NCBI GenBank assembly: GCA_963662265.2
Contig: CAXXHA010000039.1
Coordinates: 1-64,000, forward strand
Source of the DNA: Spirochaetia bacterium
Lineage (GTDB): Bacteria > Spirochaetota > Spirochaetia > CADAEX01
Direction of reading: 5' to 3'
DNA: 64,000 nucleotides
Shown one piece after another: positions 19,469 through 29,164 of this stretch (within the stretch, counting starts at the first letter, position 1; every line of letters begins with the position of its first letter). A program made the translations under genes and the position numbers. Under the pieces are notes generated by a model that saw only the letters and a list, made by a program, of their open reading frames with translations, was not told the origin of the DNA and did not search any database.

Positions 19469-20332
19469 ATGGGAAATTTTGAGCTGATAAATGAAGCAGT
19501 GGCAATTATTGGAAAAAATCTTAAAAATCCTTTTTCTGTTCCTCAGCTTGCCTCCAGGGCAGGGTATTCGCTTTACTATTTCATCAGGATGTTTAAGAGT
19601 CTTACCGGAACAACTCCCGGCGAATATATCACTTTGAGCAGGATATCAGGTGCTGCAGCAGAACTTTTATCTACAGGTAAAAAAATTATTGAAATTGCAT
19701 ATGACTATCAGTTTTCAACACCTGAGGCATTCAGCAGGGCTTTCAGGAGGATAACCGGCTGTTCGCCTGCTTCTTTCAGAAAACTTGGTTCTGCAGAAGC
19801 CGGAAAAATCAGGTCTGATCTTAATATAATTCTTCACAGCTACAGGAAATATTCAGATGGAGCCTGGAATTATTATGAACCTGAAAGAGTTGATACCGGT
19901 GAGATGCTTGTTGCCGGCCGGGTGGCGGAAATTTCTGATGATTACTCTGCAATCGGGGCAATGTGGAGGGAATTCTCAGTGGCAGAACCCCCTTCAGCTG
20001 CAGCTGATCCGCTTAATTACATGCAGTTTTCATTCTGGGATGATAACAATGCTGATATTCTTTATGTCATGGCGGCTGTATCTGTATCTGATATAAGTCT
20101 GTGTGATTCATTTGTATATAAAAAGATACCTGCTGCCAGCTGCCTGAAATTTCCCCATTACGGCGATGAAAACAGAATCTCAGAGACTTATTCAAGAATA
20201 TTTTCTGAATGGATGCCATGCAGTGATTTCAGGCTTAATATCCCCTTCAATATGGAAATATACCCGGATAAAGATGATGATTCAGATAATGGGGTTACCG
20301 CCTGGATACTTCTGCCTGTTGAGCTTCTCTGA
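19469..20332 (+). CDS. AraC-family regulator with C-terminal GyrI-like effector domain (Rob-type)
   Basis: AGYSLYYFIRMFK, IIEIAYDYQFSTPEAFSRAFRR, TYSRIFSEWMP. Confidence 0.88.
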   Translation: MGNFELINEAVAIIGKNLKNPFSVPQLASRAGYSLYYFIRMFKSLTGTTPGEYITLSRISGAAAELLSTGKKIIEIAYDYQFSTPEAFSRAFRRITGCSPASFRKLGSAEAGKIRSDLNIILHSYRKYSDGAWNYYEPERVDTGEMLVAGRVAEISDDYSAIGAMWREFSVAEPPSAAADPLNYMQFSFWDDNNADILYVMAAVSVSDISLCDSFVYKKIPAASCLKFPHYGDENRISETYSRIFSEWMPCSDFRLNIPFNMEIYPDKDDDSDNGVTAWILLPVELL

Positions 20333-20777
20333 CTTCCGAAAAATATTGCGGCAGCTGTTCCTTTCATAAAAGGATTGATAATTATTACTGTTTAATCTTT
20401 GAAGATGCAGTGACAGGTGCCTGAAAGGCTTTGCCTTTGTTGTGGCTTGATATGCATTAAAAGTATGGGGGCCGGCCGGGAATCTTAAATCAAACCGGAG
20501 GGCCCCTCAACTTTTGAATATTAGATTCCCCCCACAGGATATCTAAAATTGATAATATTATGTTAGCATCTGTTAACGGAATATCAAAGATTGTTTTTAA
20601 TTTCAGATGTGAATTTCGGATAATAAATAACTGTAAATACCTTTATAAATTTTAAGTAGAATTTGTAAAAAATGTTCAAATTGGGTGAAAAACATGAAAA
20701 AAATGTTTGCAGAAGAATTCATGATATATTTGCCTGTATTGTTGATATTGGACATGATTCTGTTATAGATTTCTACT

Positions 20778-23381
20778 GTGGATAATATAGAAATACTTGC
20801 TCCTGCAGGGGACATAAAATCTTTATATGCTGCTTTTGAAGCTGGTACAGATGCTGTATATTTCGGTGTTTCGGAATTCAATGCAAGGAAGAGAGCGGAG
20901 AATATTAATATCAGTGATCTGGCTGAAATTGTTTCCGAGGCTTATCTCCGTAACATAAAACTGTATCTTACCCTCAATACTCTGCTGACATCAGGGGAAA
21001 TCCCCTCTGTTCTTGATCTTATTGATTCTGTAATGGGAGCAGGGATAAGGTGTTTCATTGTTCAGGATTACGGAATACTGAATATTCTTGAAAAATTCTA
21101 CCCCGAGGCAGAAATCCATGTTTCAACACAGGCGACAACCCACCTTAAGGGACAGCTTGATTTTCTCTCGGATACAGAAGCCGCAAGGGTAAATCTTGCA
21201 AGGGAGCTTTCTGCTTCAGAAATAAGGGATTTTACCTGTTATGCCCATGAAAAGGGGATTGAGACTGAAGTATTTGTCCACGGGTCTTTTCTGCCTTTCC
21301 TATTCAGGGCAGTGCTATCTAAGCTCGTTTCTTGAAGGGCTTTCGGGCAACAGGGGATTGTGTGCACAGCTCTGCAGGCGGTTATACACGAAAAACGGTA
21401 AAAAGGGATATTTTCTCAATCTCAAGGATAACTGCGCCCTGCCATATGCGGCAAAAATTATTGAAAGCGGAGCTGATTCACTTAAAATTGAGGGGCGGAT
21501 TAAGGGATCTGACTATGTATATACTGCGGTTAAGGCCTGGAATGATATTGTTTCTTCAATGAAAAGTCGGCCCTCCGGCAGCAGTGCGGCAGAATACATT
21601 GATGATGCAGTATATGAAAGACAAAGCCGGGCGCTTTCCTCTGTATTCAACCGGGGATTTACATCAGGTTATTAAAGGCGGCAGAATTTCTGGTATGTTT
21701 TCCGATACTCCGTCAGATGCATCCTACAAAAATGTAGCAGAAGTTATATCGTACAGCGCAGACCGTAATATTCTTGAGATACGGAATCCTGTTGAAATTT
21801 CCTGCTTGCAGGAGGGGGATTCAGCATATCCCTTTGATTCGGGAAAAGCTGATATGCCGGGGGTATGTGGATTAAAAGATCAATCCGGAAAAATCTCTTT
21901 TCCTTTACGAATAATATTAAAACAGAACATTAAGGGTAGTGATGAGAGATATATATGCAGCGGTTATTTGACAGGTGAAATATCTCCATGCAGGTATATT
22001 TTTAAAATAGAAGGCAAACTGAACGGGAAAATTGGAAAGGGAAACCTTGTTTACGCCAGGGAGATAAATACTGTTCCTGATTCTGTTTTAAAAAAAACTT
22101 GAAAACCCTGTTTTCAGGAAAATCCCTGTCTCTGCATCACTTAAATGCCGGGTCGGGGAAAGGCTTGAGCTCCTGCTTGAGTCTGATAACAGAAAAAATC
22201 ACTGCATATTCAGACATTATCCTGGAAAAAGGGGAAAAAAAGGATCTCGACAGAAGAGGAAGTTGAAAAACAGCTCTCAAGATTCGGAAATACAGCTTTA
22301 AGCCTCTCATCGGTGAGTTTTTCAGAATTTGATGACGGGATTTTTATTCCTTCGAGTACTGTGAACAGGGTGAGAAGAAAGGCTGTTTCCATGTTTCTGG
22401 ATACTATAGATGAAAAAAGGAAGGATACTGTACTCAAATACTTTGATGATAATGAAAAAGTAAAATCATCAGGCAGCGGAAATAGCATAATACCAGGTGT
22501 GAAAAATAAGACAGCAGTAATTACAGATGTGCCGGAACTTGCTGAATATCTGAAACAGAGCAGTGCAGATGAGGTTTTTTATGAATTCAGCAGCCTGTAT
22601 AATGAGAGAAAGTCCGGCATGGAAGAGGGCAGGCTGCTGAATGAATCATGTATTATTCCGGTATTTCCCGGGATAATGACAGAAGAATATGCTGAAAAAT
22701 GTATTGAAACCTTTGGAAAAAATAAATTCAGAAAAACAGTAATAAACAATACAGCTATGATAAAAACTGCAGAAGAAAAAGGGATTGAATGGATAGCCGG
22801 GGATTCTCTTAATATTCTGAACCATTCAGCTGTCGATTTTTTCGGCAGATTCAGGAAATTCACAGGTTTTATCATATCTCCCGAAGCCGGCATGAGAGAT
22901 ATTAAATCTCTATCTGAAAAAATATCTTATGAAATTTATATCCCCCTTTATACCAGGGCAAGGCTTATGACTACCAGGCAGTGTCTTCTGGGGATGAGAT
23001 GCGGGAAAAGCAGATGTGATGATAAGTGTTTTTACCGGAAACTGCGGAACAGAAGAATTAACCGATGTTAAGGGGAAAAAGATCCTTGTTGAAAAAAGAG
23101 TGAACAGCTACACAGAGCTTTATGACAGCAGATATCACTTCATACCTGATGCAGTTTCTGATTTTGCAGATACAGGTGCCAGTTTTATTATTGATTTAAG
23201 AATATTTCCTGACCTACTGAATTTCTACAGCAGGGACAGAAAAAGGGAGATTGATAAAAAAATTGAACTTTATGAAACGCTTAAACATTTTATAAGTAAT
23301 AGAGGAAGTAAAAGAAACCCTGAAATAAAAAAGCTTTTATCGGGGACTTATCCCGGTAATTACATAAATGGACTCAGGTAA
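20778..23381 (+). pseudogene. Peptidase U32 family plus DUF3656-like domain (RlhA-type RNA hydroxylase), broken by about 6 frameshifts (probably sequencing errors)
   Basis: Fragments: EILAPAGD, GTDAVYFG, HVSTQ, EVFVHG/CLSYSGQC, SGNRGLCAQLCR, SLKIEGR, FNRGFTSGY, KQLSRFGNT...FIPSSTVNRVRR, LMTTRQC. Shifts near 21290, 21673, 22097, 22198, 22240 and 23040, mostly in homopolymers. Confidence 0.8.
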
Positions 23382-23387
23382 GAGTAT

Positions 23388-23513
23388 TTATTCGCAGGTC
23401 AGGTCTGATTAGTTTTGCCTTTTTGTCTTTTCTCTCCCGGGAATATCCTCGTACAACGCGGCAGCTATTTTCCCTTGTTTGACAATACCCCGCAGCTTGC
23501 GGCGTGGTATTGT
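23388..23513. repeat. Dispersed REP/MITE-like element, copy 2
   Basis: Starts ttattcgcaggtcaggtctgat and ends in the hairpin acaataccccgcagcttgcggcgtggtattgt, similar to 18665-18696. Confidence 0.5.
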
Positions 23514-23673
23514 TTGTATTCTGAAACAGCTTTATTTTACAATCACCACTTGAAATGATTTTAATTAAATTTGTGTCAACCTAATATTTTTACTATATTT
23601 ATTGTAGAGGTTCTTTTTTATTCAGCATCGGAGGTATTGAAAAGGGGAATATAATTCAAGGCAGGTGATTGGA

Positions 23674-24643
23674 ATGAAAAAAAAACCTGTTAATTGCTAT
23701 TCTTGTTATTTCCTGGTTTTTATCAGGAATCAGTGCCTATGCAGTCGCTGATTTAAATCCTCAGGTTGACCGTTTCTCAATGATTTTCAGGACAGATTTC
23801 AGGAAAAACTCAATTGATCTTTCAGAACTTGTCAACGGAGGTCCCGGCAAGGACGGAATTCCCGCACTTTTTAATCCCTCTTTCCAGATAATTGAGAACA
23901 CTTTTATATCGGAAAATGTTGATGGGGTGCTTGTCTCTGTAAGGGGTGTAAAAAAATTCTATCCATACAATATTCTTGTATGGCATGAAATTGTAAATGA
24001 CAGAATTGCAGATCTTGATATCGCAGTAACATTCTGCCCCTTATGCGGCAGTGCGGTAGTATATAACAGGAATTTTAAAGGGCGTATCCTTGATTTCAAG
24101 GTCAGCGGCCTTTTGTATGATTCCAATATGGTTATGTATGATACTGAAACAGAATCGTTCTGGCTTCAGAGTACAGGCAGCAGCCTTGCAGGTAAGTATA
24201 ACAGGAAAAGACTTGAGCGTGTTCATTTTACCCAGATGACAGTTGCAGAAGTAAAGAGCAAATATCCTGATGCCTATATAATGGAAACCTCTACCGGGTA
24301 TACCAGGGATTACACTTTTTACCCCTATATAGGATATGATAATTCCGATTTTCTTTATTTCCCTGTTGATGATTATGATGAAAAATATCATCCCAAGGAG
24401 CTATTCTATATTATCCCGGTTAACGACCAGTCTGTTGCTCTGAGAATTTCCTCTATCAAAAAATCAGGGCATGCAGCATTCAGACAGGGCGGTATTAATC
24501 TGACCGCATCATATATAGGCGGAGAACTTGTTGTACTTGATGATGAAAACAGGAAAATCCCGGGGTATTATGAGATGTGGTTTTCATGGGCTATAAGGCA
24601 TGTGGATGACGGGATACTCTGGGAACCGTTGAAACTCAAGTGA
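23674..24643 (+). CDS. DUF3179-family exported CxxC protein; signal peptide detached by one extra A in an A9 run
   Basis: GGPGKDGIPAL, YPYNILVWHEIVND, TFCPLCGS, SGLLYDSNMVMYD..TES.W.Q. Removing one A at 23677-23685 yields MKKNLLIAILVISWFLSGISAYA in frame. Confidence 0.82.
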
Positions 24644-24749
24644 TTCAGTATCCTGGTAATAAGTAATTTTCTACAGCAGAGTTCTTTAAATAATACTTTT
24701 TTAAATGCTTGAAAAATACAGTTCTCAACGTATTCAATCTTTCAATAAT

Positions 24750-25781
24750 TTATTCAAAAAGATATTTATATTTTCCGTAACCTTCTTTTTCAAGATCCTC
24801 TTTCGGTATAAACCTGAGAGCCGCAGAATTGATACAGTATCTCATCCCTGTTGGTTCAGGCCCGTCGGAAAACATGTGTCCGAGGTGGGAGTCTGCATGT
24901 TTGCTTCTTACCTCCGCATACTTGCCGAACAATGATTTTTCCTCTTTGTAGATAATATTATCGCTCTCAAGCGGTTCCCAGAAACTGGGCCAGCCTGTGC
25001 CTGAATCATATTTCTGAGCTGATGAAAAGAGCGGTTCTCCGCTGATTATATCCACATATATCCCCTCTTTCTTGTTGTCCCAGTATTTGTTCTGAAATGG
25101 GGGTTCTGTGTCGTTTTTTCTTGTTACGCTGTACTGGAGGGGGGTAAGACATGCCTCAAGCTCATTATCAGGTTTTATCTTGTATTCACCTGAATTGTCT
25201 CCCCACTTTTTTTTGAGGTAACTTTCCCTTCCTGATGCTTTTTTGTAGTTGTTGTATGATAATGAGTTTTTCCTGTAGTAATCCTGGTGTCTTTCCTCGG
25301 CTGGGTAGAATTTTCTGAATTTGACAATTTCTGTCGCTATCGCATCGATAAATTTGCCAGAAGCCCTTATTTCCTCTTTCGATTTCTCTGCAGCTTTCTT
25401 CTGCCTGTTGTCATGGTAGAAAATCGCTGTCCTGTACTGGCTTCCTCTGTCGTAAAACTGTCCCCCGCTGTCGACAGGGTCTATATTCATCCAGAATACT
25501 TCGAGAAGCTTTTCATAGCTGATAATGTCGGGATCATAGGTTATCTGAACCGCTTCCGCATGCCCTGTAGTGCCTTTTGATACCTCTTTATATGTCGGGT
25601 TTTCTGTTGTCCCCCCTGTGTAGCCGGAAATAACACTTACAACCCCTTCCAGTTTTTCAAACGGAGGCTCCATACACCAGAAGCAGCCCCCGGCAAAGGT
25701 TGCTGTTTTCATTCCCCTGGCGCTTAAACTGCCTGCAGAAGCTGCCAGGACTATAAATAATATCAGTATTTTATTTATCAT
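24750..25781 (-). CDS. msrAB: Bifunctional peptide methionine sulfoxide reductase MsrA/MsrB with signal peptide
   Basis: [21 protein letters not shown] (MsrA); [22 protein letters not shown] (MsrB). Confidence 0.96.
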   Translation of the reverse strand: MINKILILFIVLAASAGSLSARGMKTATFAGGCFWCMEPPFEKLEGVVSVISGYTGGTTENPTYKEVSKGTTGHAEAVQITYDPDIISYEKLLEVFWMNIDPVDSGGQFYDRGSQYRTAIFYHDNRQKKAAEKSKEEIRASGKFIDAIATEIVKFRKFYPAEERHQDYYRKNSLSYNNYKKASGRESYLKKKWGDNSGEYKIKPDNELEACLTPLQYSVTRKNDTEPPFQNKYWDNKKEGIYVDIISGEPLFSSAQKYDSGTGWPSFWEPLESDNIIYKEEKSLFGKYAEVRSKHADSHLGHMFSDGPEPTGMRYCINSAALRFIPKEDLEKEGYGKYKYLFE

Positions 25782-25976
25782 ATTTTCCTCCTGTCCTCTT
25801 TTATCAAAATCTCAGAACCAGGTATTAGGCTGGACTTTGATAAATAGTAGACTCTAATATAAATATAATAATAAAATAGATGAAAAGTTACTAAAAAACA
25901 TATTTTTACCGCAAGTCTTTTGTTTTGGAATCCAAATGAAGAGGTCCAGAAAGCTGTAAGATTTTTATCTGAAGTT

Positions 25977-26396
25977 TTATACAGTGTTATTCAATATTTC
26001 CGGGGTTTCTGCAATTTTCCTGCATACAGGGATATCTGCAGGAGCGAAATTGTAAGAGGTGAAATTTTCAGGGTATATCCATTCATACATGTCATGGACA
26101 GTTAATTTAATTTTTCCGGACCTTATAAACGCAGATACTGCTGTCAGGTGGATATCGAAACCGGGGCAGGAAAAGACTGATTCTGAAATAATCCTGCCTG
26201 TATTTATGCTGAGACTAAGTTCTTCCTTAATTTCCCTTTCAATGCATTCAGGAACAGTTTCTCCCCCCTCTATTTTACCTCCCGGGAATTCCCAGAAACC
26301 GCCCATATCCTCATCCCTGTTTCTTCTTGTTATGAGGATTTTCCCGTTTTCTGATATCACTGCTGCTGCAACTTTAATTATTTTCATATAATTCAA
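25977..26396 (-). CDS. NUDIX hydrolase, MutT/NudG-like
   Basis: WEFPGGKIEGGETVPECIEREIKEEL and APADIP. The start may be ATG 26387. Confidence 0.9.
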   Translation of the reverse strand: MNYMKIIKVAAAVISENGKILITRRNRDEDMGGFWEFPGGKIEGGETVPECIEREIKEELSLSINTGRIISESVFSCPGFDIHLTAVSAFIRSGKIKLTVHDMYEWIYPENFTSYNFAPADIPVCRKIAETPEILNNTV

Positions 26397-26449
26397 TATT
26401 ATAACACTGTAGGAATATTTGTCTCCCCAATACCGGGGAGATGATAATA

Positions 26450-27697
26450 TTATGATTCCGGCTGAGAAAGTATTTCCTCATCGCTGCTTCCGCAGGAACT
26501 GCAGTATGGAAGAAGCGCGTGCCTTTTATTTCCGCATTTATTGCATATTCTTACAAGTTCAAGACCGCATACAGGACAGTTGTTGCTTCTGAACTGGTCG
26601 GGGTCAGGAATTTTTTTGTCTGTTGAAGCTGTGTAAATATTCATGAACAGGAAAAGAATAATCCATGGGAAAATTATCAGAAAAATTGAATACATCAGCT
26701 CTGATGTTGTTATATCGTTGATATTGTCGAAAAATATTACTATTCCTGAACCGTTGCCCAGGAGAGCTGCACATATAATTATGAAAATAATAAATGATCT
26801 GAATCTGCTTTTCCCCTTGAGGGCATTTTCCCTTTCCTGTATTGAGATAAAAGAGGAGCATCCGGGACATCTTCCTGCTCCCAGGTTCTTTTTAACTATT
26901 GATAATGTTTCTTTTTTATTGATTTTTGTAAGGTTTCTTACAAGCCAAATAATGAGAGCTATACATGCCGCAATCCCTATGAATATAAATACGTAATAAT
27001 GAAGTTTGAAAGGGGAATGGATATAAATTGCCTGTGCAATCATCAGGGCTATTGCACCAGAATATCCTGTTACTGGATATATATATTTCGTTTTTTTGAA
27101 TTTCAGGTAAAGAAATACTGCAATGCCTGCCAGAATAACAAGAAGAATAAGCTGGGATGCAAGTATTTTAAGATCAACTGCTTTTTCCCTTCTTTCCTGT
27201 ATATCTATTACACTTTCTTCATACTTTTCATATATTTCTTCATGATATCTGTCTATTTCATCATCTGTTTCTGCTTCTTCCTTTCTGAAATCTGAAATCT
27301 GTTTTTTTACCTGCTCCCTCTGTTTCTGAAGCTCGACAAAGTTTTTCTGGAAACTGCTTTTCAGTTTTCCTGTTTCGCTGTCAGGGCTTATTTTCTGTCC
27401 CTCGAGAAGCTGTTTAAGCGTCTGTTCTATATCTTTTATGCTTTCTTCGATATTGTACAAATTATCTTCAGCATCGGAGATTCTGCTGCTGATTTCATAT
27501 GATTTATCTTTGAGAATTTCAAGCCTTTCTTTTTCACTGTCTGTCTTCTGCTCTTCAAGAATATCCTCGAAATCAGGATATTCAAACATGTCTGAAATAT
27601 CATTTAAAGCTATTTCTCCGAAAGAAAATACAAATACAGCAAGTACTATGCTTATGATCTTGATCCAGTTGTTTACACTTGATTTTATGATATTCAT
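26450..27697 (-). CDS. Membrane protein with a long coiled coil and four CxxC (double zinc-ribbon-like) motifs
   Basis: N-terminal TM, about 150-aa heptad-rich region, about 5 more TMs; CPGC, CPVC, CNKC, CSSC. SD ggagagg. Confidence 0.75.
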   Translation of the reverse strand: MNIIKSSVNNWIKIISIVLAVFVFSFGEIALNDISDMFEYPDFEDILEEQKTDSEKERLEILKDKSYEISSRISDAEDNLYNIEESIKDIEQTLKQLLEGQKISPDSETGKLKSSFQKNFVELQKQREQVKKQISDFRKEEAETDDEIDRYHEEIYEKYEESVIDIQERREKAVDLKILASQLILLVILAGIAVFLYLKFKKTKYIYPVTGYSGAIALMIAQAIYIHSPFKLHYYVFIFIGIAACIALIIWLVRNLTKINKKETLSIVKKNLGAGRCPGCSSFISIQERENALKGKSRFRSFIIFIIICAALLGNGSGIVIFFDNINDITTSELMYSIFLIIFPWIILFLFMNIYTASTDKKIPDPDQFRSNNCPVCGLELVRICNKCGNKRHALLPYCSSCGSSDEEILSQPES

Positions 27698-27850
27698 TTT
27701 TACCTCTCCAAATTTGCAGGGATTATATCATTTTATTATGCGGGCTTAATAATTCAAGACATTTATTTGAATTTCGTAACATTTGTTACGGAAAAACAGG
27801 TATTGAGGATATATATTTCACATAAACAGTATTTATAAGGAGATAAAATT

Positions 27851-28192
27851 ATGAATATAAAAAAATATGCTGATGTTCGGCCGATGGAAGGGGGGCAGAA
27901 TATTGATGTACGAAATCTGTATGATTCAGATGAGGCTCTTATCAATGTCATAACACTCAAACCTGGAGAAAGGCTCAGGAGGCATATTACGCCGGTTGAT
28001 GTCTGTTTTTATGTTATTGAGGGAACCGGAACTGTTGAAATAGGGGATGAAAAAAAAGAGGTTGAAAAAGATACTCTTATTGAAAGTCCGGGAAAAATAC
28101 TTCACTGCTGGTATAATACTTCTGAGAAGCTTCTCCGGTTCCTGGTTATAAAGACACCGAAGCCAACCGAAAAAACAGTGTTTCTTGACTGA
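27851..28192 (+). CDS. Cupin domain protein
   Basis: LKPGE...H.TP...FYVIEGTG...H.W.N; SD aaggag. Confidence 0.88.
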   Translation: MNIKKYADVRPMEGGQNIDVRNLYDSDEALINVITLKPGERLRRHITPVDVCFYVIEGTGTVEIGDEKKEVEKDTLIESPGKILHCWYNTSEKLLRFLVIKTPKPTEKTVFLD

Positions 28193-28287
28193 TAACAGGA
28201 GTTTCTTATAGGTGGAAATTATTGTTCCCCGCTGGTATAATTTCTGTGTAAAGTGATTCCAGGGGGAACAGGAAAGCTTAGTAATAA

Positions 28288-28707
28288 TTATTTTATGCTT
28301 ATATTCTGAATGTAATTTTCCGCCTGCTTCAGTACATTTTTGTCTCTTCTATATGTGAGTTTTTCCATGCAGTCACTGTATTCAAGCCATGTATAGCCGC
28401 TTATTTCCTCTTCCTGTATTATTACTTCCGGGCTGACCGGTTCTGCAAGAAAATAGGTCACATATTTTGTATTCCCGTTATCTTTTTTATAGGCTGTTTC
28501 GGCAGAAAACCCTTTTATGAGTTCAATTTCTAGACCTGTCTCTTCCCTGATTTCCCTGAGTGCAGTTTCCTCGAGTGTTTCCCCCTCTTCCCTGTGTCCT
28601 TTGGGAAATCCCCAGTAGTTTCCCCCCCTGTTCCGGATAAGAAGAATTTTGTTTGATGATCCATTTTTGTTAACTACAAGTGCGCCGCATGATGTTTCTG
28701 TTGCCAT
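28288..28707 (-). CDS. NUDIX hydrolase (asymmetrical Ap4A hydrolase-like)
   Basis: ETSCGA, WGFPKGH.EEGETLEETALREIREETGL, K.VTYFLA. Confidence 0.88.
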   Translation of the reverse strand: MATETSCGALVVNKNGSSNKILLIRNRGGNYWGFPKGHREEGETLEETALREIREETGLEIELIKGFSAETAYKKDNGNTKYVTYFLAEPVSPEVIIQEEEISGYTWLEYSDCMEKLTYRRDKNVLKQAENYIQNISIK

Positions 28708-28801
28708 AATTTTCTCCCTGAAGGTAATAATAGCATAAAAATATTTATTTTATTTTTGTTTCTGAAAATTTTTTGTACTACAATATAAGTGGAGGAAGAA
28801 T

Positions 28802-29035
28802 ATGATAAAAGGTAAGCAAAAAATAATCCTTTTTGATGTTATTTATACCGCTTTTATTCTTGCTCTCCTGATTGATCTCTTTCAAAGCGGTACGGTTAAT
28901 ATTGGATATGATGCAGTAATTCTTACTCTATCACTTACAACAGCCATGCTTATCGTATTGATGATTCTCAAAGAACAGCAGTTTTTCAAAAACAGAATAT
29001 TCCATTCAGATTTTCTTAAAAAACTGTTCAGGTAG
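28802..29035 (+). CDS. Small two-TM hypothetical protein
   Basis: SD ggagga and two hydrophobic segments. Confidence 0.6.
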   Translation: MIKGKQKIILFDVIYTAFILALLIDLFQSGTVNIGYDAVILTLSLTTAMLIVLMILKEQQFFKNRIFHSDFLKKLFR

Positions 29036-29164
29036 AATCATGCCGTGAAAATAATATCATGATTCTCAGAATATAATCCAGGCGTTTCCCATTCCTGTTT
29101 GCGGGAGATGATATTTGAATTTAATAAAAAATAAATTACATCTGAAAAGTTTTTGGGGATAATT

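Noticed and set aside
20467-20540. HDV-like ribozyme or 6S/SRP RNA
   Set aside because: P3/L3/P1.1 elements and the SRP GGAA loop motif are missing, and the ends do not pair as in 6S. It is kept only as an unclassified structure.
23677-23685. Phase-variable poly-A tract in the DUF3179 signal sequence (likewise the T8 tract in lysE)
   Set aside because: The tracts are short, and similar indels hit housekeeping-type genes across the window, which favours sequencing error.
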